Below, one piece after another: positions 1 through 10,930 of a stretch of DNA of 64,000 nucleotides (position 1 is its first letter; each line of letters starts with the position of its first letter). The stretch lies in the NCBI GenBank assembly GCA_000004985.1, contig GG738888.1. The stretch is one strand, 5' to 3'. Origin of the DNA: Naegleria gruberi. Lineage: Eukaryota. The translations under genes were made by a program, and so were the position numbers. The notes beneath the pieces were generated by a model. It had not been told where the DNA came from. It did no database searches and saw only the letters and a list, made by a program, of their open reading frames with translations.

Positions 1-501
1 ATTTAGAACTATAACATCTAGATGGGTTACATGTTGATATTCTAGATTCAATCACTATTCAATAATTCTTGGTATGATGTTAAGTGACTGGTTCATCTTT
101 TTTGAGGCGTATTTGTTGCTGCTGTGCATGTTCAGCTGATATCCATAGCGATGAGGCAACATGCTATCTCATTCGAAACTAGACTTTTTACCAACATTAT
201 TCGAAAGCTACATGTCAGTCAGTGAAAGGTCAGTCAGCTTGCTGTTGTTATTTCTTTTTTTTGTTAACGAATATTAATCCATCCACATGTTGTAATTTCC
301 ACGCTCAACTTAACAGCATTCTAATATTTCAATTTCACCAAAAGCAATCATCTGACTCAATTTGAACAATCAATTGTTGCTTTTAAACGATCTAATCTAA
401 TTAATACATGTGGTATTATTCAAGATTAGTTTGCCTAAATCTGCTAAATTGACTAGCCGAAAGTCGTTGGATTTATGGGAGAAATCTCCAAACTTGCAGA
501 T

Positions 502-954
502 TTATTGAAAGCAATTTCTGTTTTGCCCTTCTTGTTGGTGAATGAGAGCACAATACAATTGTAGAAGGAATAGGTTCATTTCTTGTTGGTTGTGGATGGT
601 GTTTATAATTTCGTCTGGTTGTGGATCATTTCGAATGGTTTCAGATGCTTGTACTGGTGGAAGTGGTTCATGGTGGGCGTTATTGACTATTGAATGAGAA
701 GTGCTGACATGTTTAGTCACAATTAATTGCTCATTTTCTAATGGTGTGTTTTCAATTCGAAAGACAACAGTTTCGTCCTTTTCTGGGTTCAAAACAAAGT
801 AATTCTTTAATAATTCATCATGACACAACTGTTTTCTCAGTTCATGTTTGACAGACATCTTTACCTTCTTCTTTTGTATTCTATTCAATGTTTTACAAGT
901 TTCGTCCATAAACTTTAGACCTTTCTCCTTCTTTCTAATATTCGAATTTTTCAT
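502..954 (-). CDS. Hypothetical basic protein (150 aa), member of a small local paralog family (copy A)
   Basis: ORF with a true ATG at 954. The first ~85 residues are clearly homologous to the ORF at 2039..2485 (shared LRKQLxxDE[L/I]LKNYFV[L/F]...FRI[E/D]...VT[K/Q]HV and a C-terminal FLLQLY). No family is recognised. Confidence 0.5.
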   Translation of the reverse strand: MKNSNIRKKEKGLKFMDETCKTLNRIQKKKVKMSVKHELRKQLCHDELLKNYFVLNPEKDETVVFRIENTPLENEQLIVTKHVSTSHSIVNNAHHEPLPPVQASETIRNDPQPDEIINTIHNQQEMNLFLLQLYCALIHQQEGQNRNCFQ

Positions 955-1243
955 TGGTTTGAGAGTTTTTTTATTTTAATTTGTATAGACCTGTCATCAT
1001 CAGTTACAAGACCTCCAATATGTAAGCGACGCATGAACCAGATTGTTTTCATTCCTTGTAACGACACATATCTGATGAATTTGAGATTTTTGTTTTGAAT
1101 TGAGTAATTAATTTTGTCCTTTTCAGAGTAGAGACATCAAAGTGTTTCTAAAACAATACCAATAAAATTCCTTATTTGATTCTTGTTTGGTTTTAAGCAG
1201 TTTTTGAAAAATGTTGTATAATAGAAAGTAGACGAAAGTTTGT

Positions 1244-1648
1244 TCAGTTTAATAATTCTTTTATTGATATTGAAGTTCTGACTACTCGTGTAATGTTTCT
1301 ATTAAAATTTGACTTATTCATTAATTGCGAGCTATTTTGATTAGTTTGCCATGTTTCAGGTTTAGTTTCTAATAGTTTCTTTTCTTTTTTTCGTTTTGGA
1401 GGTTTCTTTGTTATTCCCTTCTTGTTGCAGACCTTCCACTTTTCAAGAGTCTCAGTCTTGGTCACTATCATTCTATTAGAAGAATAATTATTGGACGAAT
1501 CCCCTTTCTTTGGTCTTCCTCTTCTTCTTTTCATTGTTTCTTCTACGCCATTACTGTTTTTTGGTGGTGGCGAGAATTCCACCATAGAGAATGTGTGATA
1601 ATTATTAATCTTGTAGGAAGATGCAGATGCTGTATTGATTAGTGTCAT
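1244..1648 (-). CDS. Small basic protein with an AT-hook motif (RRRGRPKK), 134 aa
   Basis: ORF with a true ATG at 1648. It contains a GRP-core AT-hook (KRRRGRPKKG) and a second basic KKPPKRKKEKK stretch. The sequence is low complexity, so coding status is moderately supported. Confidence 0.4.
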   Translation of the reverse strand: MTLINTASASSYKINNYHTFSMVEFSPPPKNSNGVEETMKRRRGRPKKGDSSNNYSSNRMIVTKTETLEKWKVCNKKGITKKPPKRKKEKKLLETKPETWQTNQNSSQLMNKSNFNRNITRVVRTSISIKELLN

Positions 1649-2038
1649 TTTTGTTTTTTGAAAAAGAAAATTACATGAAACAGGTTTTCATTAAAAAGGC
1701 AATCCATAAAGTTTCTTTTTAATGGGAGATTAGGTGCATTTCAGTCATGTCCACTTTAAGATATCAACACACATTCTTTGAAATGCTTTCTCGAAGGAGC
1801 ATTTCATGTAATGCAGCTATTTAATACCGTTACATTACAATACGATTGAAAAGGCAAGTAATTGTTCCAAAAACAGTTGGAAATGAAATCTAAATGGAGT
1901 GTTTTAAAGGAGATGATAGCTCTTGGCCAGATTGGTATTTTTATGCCTATGGTTAAACACCCGACCCGGTTATTCAAGATTGAGAAAAATTGAGTGTGGG
2001 TGGAAACTTGGTTTCGAATAATTGTTTATTGGTGAATG

Positions 2039-2485
2039 TTAGTATTCTTGTTGGTATTGTAAGAGTAAGCTGTACAGTTGAAGGAGAAAGATCATTTCTT
2101 GTTGATAGGTAGAATTATCCATTTGTTGATTTGTATTCGAAACTGTGAAATGCTGATGATCCACAGCATGTGTATTCATTTCATCTTGTCTATTTTCTTG
2201 ATTTCTCTCCTCAATACTATTCGATTCTCCAACTAGTCTAACATGTTGAGTTACCACACTATTTCCGATTTTAAACTCTTTATCTATTCGAAAGGTTGTC
2301 AATTGATCCTTCCTATTATCAAAAACAAAGTAATTCTTTAAAATTTCATCATTCTGTAATTGCTTTCTCAATCCTGGATATTTACTTTTTGGTTTCCTCT
2401 TGATAATCTTGTCTGTGGTCTTTACTGTTTCGTCTATTATCGAAAATTGTTTCGAACCTTTCTTCTGGTTTTGACCACTTGGCAT
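2039..2485 (-). CDS. Hypothetical protein (148 aa), paralog of the 502..954 gene (copy B)
   Basis: True ATG at 2485. The N-terminal ~85 aa align with the 502..954 product, and the C-terminus ends in the shared FLLQLY motif. Tandem arrangement in the same orientation. Confidence 0.5.
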   Translation of the reverse strand: MPSGQNQKKGSKQFSIIDETVKTTDKIIKRKPKSKYPGLRKQLQNDEILKNYFVFDNRKDQLTTFRIDKEFKIGNSVVTQHVRLVGESNSIEERNQENRQDEMNTHAVDHQHFTVSNTNQQMDNSTYQQEMIFLLQLYSLLLQYQQEY

Positions 2486-2923
2486 TGTTGTTTAATTTTT
2501 TATTGAATTACATCTCCTCACAGCGCTTTAGTTGAGGATTAGTTTCGTGAAAATATTATTTATTTGCAGACCGAAACCATGAAACCTCAAATTTGGTCAT
2601 TGATTTCCAAACTGTTATGAAATTGTAAAGATTATTTTTAATCTTACCCGTTTCTCTTGAGGATATTGCCTTTAAAAGTCGTTATAATGCAGTTTTATTC
2701 TATATGGAGTCCACATTGTCTTCAATCTTTCGAATATAGACTGTTCAGCATGATGATGAAATAGAAGTGTTTCAATAAACATTTAGCTAATCTTCAGCAT
2801 GTTGTGATGATTCTAGTTGGTTGTGGTGTAATTATGCAATTGAATACAATCAGCTCTATTATCCGTCTTCTTCAATGTGATGGAGAAATAGTAATTTTAG
2901 GAGAGCTTTTCGTTGTTCGTTGT

Positions 2924-2973
2924 NNNNNNNNNNNNNNNNNNNNNNNNNNNNNNNNNNNNNNNNNNNNNNNNNN
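2924..2973. other. Assembly gap (run of 50 N)
   Basis: Fifty consecutive n characters. The gap interrupts the ORF 2859..3269 on the minus strand. Confidence 0.95.
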
Positions 2974-3641
2974 ATTGAAACTCTTCTGTTTCTTAAAGTT
3001 TCGGATGATTTAGTTGCGACTGCATGCTGTTGATCCTGTCCATCGGCAGCTTGGTGTTGCTTAAGATGATATTGGTTCATTATTTTTGGTTGTTGATTGG
3101 TTTCGGCAAGATTACACTGGAAAGTTTGCATGGTTTCGGATTGTTGTGTTGGTGAAGGAAGTCGAAAGTGAACTTCATTTCTCTGAATCCCACTTTGAGG
3201 GTCTAAATTATTGTCTTCCAGACATGCACTAGAATCTAATGAGAAACTAGACGAAAGTTCATCATCCATTCTCTAAGAAAACCTCTTGGGAAGAATTTAC
3301 TTTTAATGTGTTGATTTGTTTTTTTCAAAGTGTTTTTATTGTAATACGAAAGGAACTTTGCGTTGCCAAACACCTAAACAATTTATGAAACCTGCCAAAC
3401 TGAAATTCTTGACCGAAGAATAGAATAATTTTATCTGAATGTGCTGAATAATGAAGTTAATGTTTGGCAGCCCCATTCCAATGTATTATGACAGGTTCGG
3501 TAACTTTGACAACTTCATTAGAATGTATTTAGTTTTCATAACCTCTCTATCCTAAATTGGTAATAGACAAATACGTTGAACAATAGCAATTGGTATAATA
3601 ATAACAACATTAAGAAGTTAACGAATTCGTTAGAAACAATT

Positions 3642-4169
3642 TTATTGATTATTCTTTGGGGGAATAAATTGACCAAACAAAGTTTCACTTAGAGAAAAAC
3701 CAGATTTCTGATAGAGAGCTTGAGCTTTCAGATTTTCATTCCTTACCAATAGACGAACACCTGCCATGTTTAAATTCTTTGCAATTTTCTTAGTTTCGTC
3801 CAGTAGAATACTAGCAATTCCACATCTCCTGAATTTTTCCCTCACAAACAATTCGTCCACATAGAGATAACCATTTTTCTTATTCAATTTTGGAAGAAAA
3901 CATAAACAAATAAATCCACACGCTTCTCTCTCATCATTTTCCACAATTAAGACCCAAAATGTATTGGAAATCATTCCAGTATTTTTCATGTTGTCGAGAA
4001 AGGATTCCAAATGAAGATTTGCATCTTCTTCCATTCGATTTTCCGACTCGAATTGTTCCTTTAATAATACAAGTAGATTTTCATGTAATTTGTTTTGGGT
4101 TGAGTGAATATTTTCATGGTTTGGATTAAGTGGTTGTAATTGATGTATTGTAAAGCTGTTTGATGACAT
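3642..4169 (-). CDS. GNAT-family N-acetyltransferase (~175 aa)
   Basis: Acetyl-CoA binding core LYVDELFVREKFRRCGIASILLDE...AKNLNMAGVRLLVRNENLKAQALYQKSGF (GNAT motifs A/B). The first real ATG is at 4169 (MSSNSF...); the ORF-track start at 4196 is a TTG. Confidence 0.75.
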   Translation of the reverse strand: MSSNSFTIHQLQPLNPNHENIHSTQNKLHENLLVLLKEQFESENRMEEDANLHLESFLDNMKNTGMISNTFWVLIVENDEREACGFICLCFLPKLNKKNGYLYVDELFVREKFRRCGIASILLDETKKIAKNLNMAGVRLLVRNENLKAQALYQKSGFSLSETLFGQFIPPKNNQ

Positions 4170-4430
4170 TTTTTTTTGAAGAATTTTGTTGAACAAATTT
4201 GTTGAATCTCATTTGCAATTATCATAATCAATTTGTACAATTTGCATTACTGTCGATATCACACAATGTATTTTTAATAAATATCATCAGATTCAGAGAA
4301 AAATTGAAACAAGTTGGCTTAATTTATTAAGGAATAGTTCTATGCTTAGTATTACTTAACAGCTCAACTATCAATTAAGCAGTATCGTTAATATGATTTC
4401 CGAAATTGAAAATAAAGTTAGAAAATTAAT

Positions 4431-6005
4431 TTATCTATTTGGTATGTGAGGTGTAAAGTCCAAATCTTGAACGTTATATTCAATCTTATGGATGGTTGTT
4501 TCATATCTATCACCATTCTTTGAAAAGAATGAATTATCCTTTACTCCAGAATAAGATGAATAGTCCACAATGGTGCTTCCCTCAGCATCTCCTGCAATAC
4601 AGAATGATCTGTCGAATGCTTTCAATAATTTATAATCTCCTTCACCTGCATCAGTTTCAAAATATCCTATCGAATTCAACCAGTGACAAAATTCATCCAA
4701 TGTTTTTCTATTCTCAAATATCATTGTATCCAATTTGGTAAATTCATTCTCGTAATCCAAATTTTGAATGAATGCCTTTAAAGTTTCAGTATAGTAGAAT
4801 TTTCTACTCGTGTTACCCTTCTTTAAATCGGAAAAGTAATTGTCAAAGGTCTTTCCACTTGGTCTACTCAATGAGAGAGCATCCAAAACTTGAGAGACAA
4901 AGTGTTGACAATTACAATCGAGTTGGCTATATGTCTTTTTAGCATTAAATGTACAACAAATATCTGTAATTTTCAAGAAGGCATCCATAATTTGATTCTT
5001 GGTTCTCAAAAAACCAAGATCAATAACAGCAATTGAATTGGATGATTCAATATTCTTATCAGTTCTAACACTAATCAGAGAGTTATTGTACCAATCAAAT
5101 TTCCACTCTCCAATCATGATTCCTGTATGGAGAATACCAAATTCAGTAGTAACAATCTTGGACAATACGCTTCTAATAAAATTATTTCCTTGCAATTCTG
5201 AAATGACCAATTTAACAGCAACATAAGGAGGCTTTTCCATCTTTCTTCTATTTGGATTTGCCAAAATTCTACTGCAAAATGTATTGTACAAGAATCTATC
5301 CTTGCATGTTAAATTTTGGGCATCCAAATCCAAATCACCAGTAAGATTAGCACTCTTGAATGATTTTCCTCTCTCATTGAGAGTCTTGTAATATTCAGAG
5401 AGATTCTTTTTACAATGTTCAATTCCTTGTTTCTCCCAATCATTAAGTTTTTCCTCATCAAATGGAGTTCTCGAATCAAAATCACTATCATCCGATGGTA
5501 AATGTACATTATTTGAATTAGTGCCAATATCACTCTGAGTTCCAGTCGTTGGAACAGAATCAAATTGATAAGCTGGATTATATCTCTGTTCCATTGCAGC
5601 AAAAGTATTCTTCCTACCAGAGCCATTCTCAATATCCTTTCTAATCTTGGCCTCAACCACTGAATCCACAAACGAACTCATACTTCCCTGATCAACATCA
5701 TATAATTTAGAAAGCCTTGCAATAATATATTGTTTTTCATCATCAATTGTTGAACGATCTCCGGTAACAATAGCCTTGGCCAAATCCTTAAAAACATGAC
5801 CATGAAACATTGTATTATTGATCAATAACTTCTCAATCAAGGAATTTTGATATTTAAATTCTCTCATCAGATTTATCAAATCATTATTATCACAATTATT
5901 AATTGGCTTATCAGTAATTGCTCGGGTTGGTACAGAATTTGCAGAATCGGAACCCTTTCCTACATTGAATGATTCGAGGGAATCTTGAGAAAAGTAATTG
6001 CCCAT
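4431..6005 (-). CDS. PPPDE (DeSI-like permuted papain-fold peptidase) domain protein with an N-myristoylation consensus, 524 aa (paralog 1)
   Basis: True ATG at 6005. The N-terminus MGNYFS fits the MGxxxS myristoylation consensus. The catalytic-dyad motifs G-I-L-H-T-G-I-M-I-GEWKFDWY and Y..L.CNCQHFVSQVLDAL resemble the DeSI1/2 motifs GIWHTSIVV and HNCNTFSNEVAQFL. There is a ~250 aa N-terminal extension. 55-60% similar to the 6853..8367 gene across the conserved regions. Confidence 0.7.
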   Translation of the reverse strand: MGNYFSQDSLESFNVGKGSDSANSVPTRAITDKPINNCDNNDLINLMREFKYQNSLIEKLLINNTMFHGHVFKDLAKAIVTGDRSTIDDEKQYIIARLSKLYDVDQGSMSSFVDSVVEAKIRKDIENGSGRKNTFAAMEQRYNPAYQFDSVPTTGTQSDIGTNSNNVHLPSDDSDFDSRTPFDEEKLNDWEKQGIEHCKKNLSEYYKTLNERGKSFKSANLTGDLDLDAQNLTCKDRFLYNTFCSRILANPNRRKMEKPPYVAVKLVISELQGNNFIRSVLSKIVTTEFGILHTGIMIGEWKFDWYNNSLISVRTDKNIESSNSIAVIDLGFLRTKNQIMDAFLKITDICCTFNAKKTYSQLDCNCQHFVSQVLDALSLSRPSGKTFDNYFSDLKKGNTSRKFYYTETLKAFIQNLDYENEFTKLDTMIFENRKTLDEFCHWLNSIGYFETDAGEGDYKLLKAFDRSFCIAGDAEGSTIVDYSSYSGVKDNSFFSKNGDRYETTIHKIEYNVQDLDFTPHIPNR

Positions 6006-6526
6006 CTCCGATGCTTGTTTTAAATATATTTAAATAAATAATAATAATTATAATATTATAATGTTGTTTGTGCTCTCTTGTTAGGAACAATGAATCGGTT
6101 GGTGCAGAGTTTGTGATTTTTTGTGTTTTTTCTTATTGATTTGATCTAATTAGAAGAGGAAGTAAACACGTGTTGGTTTTTTATGAGTTTTAATGAAAGA
6201 ATATTATCTTGACAAAAAAGTATCGATGTTCACGTTCTTTGAAACGTGATTCAAAGCTGTAGTTTGTTGTTTGACAGAAATGAAATGTGAATGCAGGATT
6301 GAAAATCATAAAATTACTCTTGTGCAATTTCTAGATATCCTCTACTTTGAACAAATTTTGGAAGATTTACAGAAGCAATAATTTTGGCTTGTTAATTTCA
6401 ATTCAAAAACCAAACAAAATTAATCTGAGGCTATTTTAAGAATAAATATAGAAGATAAGAGATTGATTTTACACCTCCTTATAGTAAAGACAAAATGGTA
6501 GCAGGAAATATACTAAAATAAAAAGT

Positions 6527-6607
6527 TGCAGAAGGTGGGATTTGAACCCACGAAGCTTGCGCAGTAGAACTTGAGTCTACCCCCTTTGACCACTCGGGAA
6601 CCCCTGC
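6527..6607 (-). tRNA. tRNA-Leu (anticodon CAA), type II with long variable arm, 81 nt
   Basis: The reverse complement reads GCAGGGGTTCCCGAGTGGTCAAAGGGGGTAGACTCAAGTTCTACTGCGCAAGCTTCGTGGGTTCAAATCCCACCTTCTGCA. It has a 7-bp acceptor stem, a GTGGG/TTCAAAT/CCCAC T-arm and a GTAGA-CTCAAGT-TCTAC anticodon arm (CAA). Confidence 0.9.
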
Positions 6608-6852
6608 TTCACATTTATTATCTTTAAATATGTTCTTCGTAAGTATGATCATTGTAAAATGGAAAAAGATGAAGAAAAGAACAGCGAATGGTGAGTGTGG
6701 AAGATTGTGAATATTAATTTGAAGAAATTGAGATCATACTGATGCATTGAAATACAGAGTTTAAATGGTGACAGTCAAACTTATTAATATCAAAGGGGAA
6801 TGACAGATTGAACATGAATAATATTTTGGCAGTTTTTCATCTTTATTGATGT

Positions 6853-8367
6853 CTATCTTTTGAGGAAATATTTTGACAAGTCCAAATCCTTTACATTGTA
6901 CTTGATATTGGTAATACTGGTATCATCATGAAGACCAGATTGAGAAAAGAATGCATTCTCCTTCTTGAATCCTTCCACAGAATAGTCAACCACGACCAAT
7001 CCATCTCTTCCCTTACCAGCAATTACAAACGATCTATCAAATGATTTAAGCAATTGATAATCTTCCTTTCCTTCTTCTGTTGTAAAATGACCTAAATCCT
7101 TGATAAAGAAACAGAATTCATCAAGATCTTTTCTACTTTCGAATTTGATTGACTTCTTTTTCTTGTAAATTGAATCTTGAGCTTTTTGAATCTTGTCAAT
7201 TAAAGCTGGGCTAAAGTAGAATTTTCTTGCCATATCTCCCTTCTTTAAATTTTTAAAATACTTTTCAAAGCACTTGGATTTTGGAGTGACAAGAGAAAGT
7301 GCATCCAAAAGTTCCGAAACAAAGTGTTGGCAATTACAATTCAATTGACCGTACTCCATAGTGGCATTGTATTTACAAACAATGTCTGAAATTTTGAAGA
7401 ATGCACTCAAAATTAAATTTTGATCAATCAGAGATCCCAAATCAATAACAGCAATTGCATTTCCAGAGCCAATATTCTTTTCCTTTCTAACACTGACCAT
7501 TGAATTGTCGTACCAATCGAATTTCCACTCACCAATCAATAATCCAGTGTGGAGGAGGCCAAATTCTGTATTCACTACTTTTGAGACAATGGATCTATAA
7601 ATTTCATTTCCCTCAATTTCTGAAATGATCAACTTAACTTGCATATATGGCTCAGAAGTCAAAACTCTCCTGCTTGAATTACTCAAAATTGGAGCACAGA
7701 ATGTGTTGAACATGAAACGATCTTTGCAGACCATATTTTGAGCATCCACTTCCAAGTCACCTATCAATCCACAAGTTTCGAATTTCTTCTTCTTCTCCTT
7801 CAAAAATTCATAATATTTTACCAAATTCTTCTTGACCTTTTCAATTCCTCTCTTCTCCCACTCGTTCAATTTATCTTGATCGTATGCAGTTGAAATGTTA
7901 TAAAAAGTTTGAGGAGTGACACCTGGATCCTGAGTCTCTGAATGCAAACTTGCTGTTGTTGTTGGAATGGATGAAATATTAATTTTCTTACTTGATGCAT
8001 TCGACACATCCCTTTTAATCTTTGTAATAACCACATTCTCAATAAAACGTGATAGCAAACTTTCCGTGATGGCATAACGAGTGGCATATCTGCTAGCCAA
8101 TCGGTCCCTTTCGTCTTCAATTTTTGATTGATTCTCCTCCAGTATTGGTGCAACAAGTGCAGAGAATATACTTCCAGACATGTCTTTTTCCTTGATGACA
8201 CTGGCCAATTTATTGCTCTTATCCTCGAATTTATAGTGTCTCAGAAGGACGAGCAAATCTTCAGCATCACATTCAGTGATTGGTTTGTTTACTACTTGGC
8301 TAATATCCACAGTAGAGGATTCAAATGATGCAGGCTTGGAGTCAAAAGATGAAGGTTTGCCACCCAT
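6853..8367 (-). CDS. PPPDE (DeSI-like) domain protein with an N-myristoylation consensus, 504 aa (paralog 2)
   Basis: True ATG at 8367. The N-terminus is MGGKPS. It shares motifs with the 4431..6005 gene: CKDRFMFNTFC, LLHTGLLIGEWKFDWY and CNCQHFVSELLDALSL. Confidence 0.7.
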   Translation of the reverse strand: MGGKPSSFDSKPASFESSTVDISQVVNKPITECDAEDLLVLLRHYKFEDKSNKLASVIKEKDMSGSIFSALVAPILEENQSKIEDERDRLASRYATRYAITESLLSRFIENVVITKIKRDVSNASSKKINISSIPTTTASLHSETQDPGVTPQTFYNISTAYDQDKLNEWEKRGIEKVKKNLVKYYEFLKEKKKKFETCGLIGDLEVDAQNMVCKDRFMFNTFCAPILSNSSRRVLTSEPYMQVKLIISEIEGNEIYRSIVSKVVNTEFGLLHTGLLIGEWKFDWYDNSMVSVRKEKNIGSGNAIAVIDLGSLIDQNLILSAFFKISDIVCKYNATMEYGQLNCNCQHFVSELLDALSLVTPKSKCFEKYFKNLKKGDMARKFYFSPALIDKIQKAQDSIYKKKKSIKFESRKDLDEFCFFIKDLGHFTTEEGKEDYQLLKSFDRSFVIAGKGRDGLVVVDYSVEGFKKENAFFSQSGLHDDTSITNIKYNVKDLDLSKYFLKR

Positions 8368-8789
8368 TTCTAATAGTGTGTGTGATGGAAGTTTGACAGT
8401 TGGACGATTTTTTTGTTGATGAATTGTTTAGGTAAGCTGTTAGTTTGACGTATGAATCGTGATAACGAGTGTGAATTGTTATTTTTGCAGTTGAATGTGA
8501 AAGTGTATAGCTATTCGAAGAGGTTGTTCGGTTAGGTTCACGTTCATGAGATTGTTGTTGTCCTGAGCAGGCAGGAGCACAATTTATTGTTTCCTCTCTA
8601 AGAAAGACAATCCTTCATTGTTTCCAACACAAGATGAAACGGTTGTTATTGATATTGTTGATACACATTAACACAAGTTGTTAACAAATAACAATAATAA
8701 TAGTAGTACATAGTAAAGCAAAGCAATTAACACACATCAACATCTTGTTGTTAATTGTTGGCAAAATAGTTCAGCTTCTGATGAAGATG

Positions 8790-9536
8790 TTAATTCTTGG
8801 CAGCAGTAGCAGAAGATGTAGCTTGTTCTGCTTCTTCTGGCTTACCCATCATACCTCTGAGTGAATCAATCATATCTAATTGTCTTCTGATGGTATTATT
8901 GTGTTGTCTTCTCAACTTTCTAGCAGAAATCCAAGCCTTTCTAAACTTTCTCAAATTACCAACTTCCTTCTCCAAAATAGCTTGATATTCCTTCAACTTG
9001 GCTGTAGCAGTCTCATAGGTTGTTTGTTGTTCTGTTGTTGTTGTGGATGATCTCTTCTCATATCGGGCCACATACTTTTTATAAATTCTTTGTGCCTTCT
9101 TGTAAGCCTTCTTCTTCTCAACAACCTTCTTATGAGTCTCCTTAACACGTCTGTTCAATTTTTTGTAGCGTTTTTCCAAGCGCGCCAAAGTCTTTCTCAA
9201 ACGTTCCTCAACACGAGTCAAGTGCATGTGCAAGGATTTGCTCTCCTCCGTTGCCAAATATTTGGATGATGAACCTGATGATGAGAATTTCTTCAATAAT
9301 TTAATGAGGGTCTTTTTCATGCGTTTTTGAGAGCGGATGGTTCGTTTCTTGTGGACCACACGAATATTTTCCTTTTTTGCCTCCACAAAATTTATTGTTG
9401 CTGTTGTAGAGAGAAGCACGACCATCAGGAAGAGAGCAATGGTGAGGAAGGTCAAGATGAAAAACTTGTTGCTTCTCATTGTGATGCTCTGACTGCCGTT
9501 GGATGAGATGTGATGTGGCAGCGAGGTGATAATCAT
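8790..9536 (-). CDS. Secreted/membrane-anchored Lys/Arg-rich coiled-coil protein (248 aa)
   Basis: ATG at 9536, with a second ATG at ~9479 (MRSNKFFILTFLTIALFLMVVLLSTTA) that begins a signal-peptide-like hydrophobic segment. The remainder is a highly basic heptad-like sequence (KRYKKLNRRVKETHKKVVEKKKAYKK...). Confidence 0.5.
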   Translation of the reverse strand: MIITSLPHHISSNGSQSITMRSNKFFILTFLTIALFLMVVLLSTTATINFVEAKKENIRVVHKKRTIRSQKRMKKTLIKLLKKFSSSGSSSKYLATEESKSLHMHLTRVEERLRKTLARLEKRYKKLNRRVKETHKKVVEKKKAYKKAQRIYKKYVARYEKRSSTTTTEQQTTYETATAKLKEYQAILEKEVGNLRKFRKAWISARKLRRQHNNTIRRQLDMIDSLRGMMGKPEEAEQATSSATAAKN

Positions 9537-9984
9537 TTTTTTTTACGGATGAAATTTGTAGATGATAGGTGACTGATAGGATTGACTTGAGTTGTTTGGC
9601 GCGGAGGGAAAATTACTGGCTATGTGATGTATTTTTGGGTTATTTAGTTTCTAAGGAATGAATACTAATTGAGTTAAAGCAATTTCTTGTATATTAGGTT
9701 TGTACTTGGTTTTTAGTTTTATTTGTTTTATTTCGTTGGAAATTGAATGTGTTTCGTTCAACCTATTTTCAAATATCTGTTCTTAGCTCAGAATCAAATC
9801 TGAGATTTTTAACAGTTACAATAGATCTTGTCATGAATCAAAAGTTGACAAGTTACAACCTAATTGTAACCACGACTTGATACACTGATTCATCTGGCCC
9901 AATATTAATAAACCAAATTTATTCAAATGTAGCATATTTACAATGGTAACCTAGTGAGTGGAGAAAACAATCTTCTTATTTTTC

Positions 9985-10605
9985 TCACTTTTCAGTTTTA
10001 GAAATGTCAGTAATCTTGATTGTAACAATTTCATCCTCAGCTGCCTTCATACTACCTGTCTTTACTTCAGATTTTGATTTAACCCATTCTTCCAAATCCT
10101 TCTCTGATAAATGTTTCAATAATTCTTTAGCTTCATCCGATAATTCCACTTGATTATTCTCAGTCCCTATTGTGGAAGCATACATGTATAGTACTAAATA
10201 ATATCCAATATAGACCGCTACTAGGCCAATAATAAATAAAATATACTTTTTACTTGGGGCATCGTCACAATAGGTAATCACATACATGTCATCATCTACA
10301 GGAGTTCTACAAGCCAGTCTTACTTCATTGTCAGTAAAGATACCCAAAAATGGATTGGACTTGGTAACTCTTTCTATTAGGTTTAATTTCTTTGGTGCAT
10401 TTGCATATTTAACTTCCACAAGGCATTGAGAACAAGTATACAATGGAACCTTTTTAAAGTCACCAGTCAATCTTCCACAACAGAAAACTGTTGATTGGAG
10501 TTTTGGTAGTTGAGTGGCTTTTAAAATTCCTAATGCAAGAAATGGAAAGACTAAGACTTTGAGAGGGTATGCAAAATTAACATTATTCTTTACCAATACA
10601 TCCAT
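9985..10605 (-). CDS. Hypothetical membrane protein (206 aa)
   Basis: Long ORF with an N-terminal hydrophobic segment (LKVLVFPFLALGIL), a Cys-containing ectodomain, a TM helix (ILFIIGLVAVYIGYYLVLYMY) and an acidic C-terminal tail. No family is recognised. Confidence 0.45.
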   Translation of the reverse strand: MDVLVKNNVNFAYPLKVLVFPFLALGILKATQLPKLQSTVFCCGRLTGDFKKVPLYTCSQCLVEVKYANAPKKLNLIERVTKSNPFLGIFTDNEVRLACRTPVDDDMYVITYCDDAPSKKYILFIIGLVAVYIGYYLVLYMYASTIGTENNQVELSDEAKELLKHLSEKDLEEWVKSKSEVKTGSMKAAEDEIVTIKITDISKTEK

Positions 10606-10930
10606 TAAATTAGTTCCTTTTGGTACATTATGAATAACTATTCCGATAGAGTTTCATTTCCGAATCAAACATTCCGAATGTAATAATGTTCATGAATAAT
10701 AATAAAAAAAAGAATATGATTTTTGGAAATTTAATGTGTGAGTGATGGTGATTTAATGACTGCTTCAACTTACTCTTCTTTGCCGTACGAACGGTAAAGT
10801 AATTCTTCTCTCTGGTGAATTTTTTCATTTTTTTTTTAAAGTTTTATTTGACTGGTTTAATTTTAGTTGATTGAAGGCTTAATTGCGTAAGGATGAACAC
10901 AAAATGATATTCTTAGTATCAATGATGTAA

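Noticed and set aside
6496-6525. U6 snRNA-like string (ggaaatatactaaaata) next to the tRNA-Leu gene
   Set aside because: Only the ATATACTAAAAT core matches. The flanking U6 sequence (GTGCTCGCTTCGGCAGCACA 5' and TGGAACGATACAGAGAAGATTAGCATGG 3') is absent on both strands. I treat it as a chance match in AT-rich DNA.
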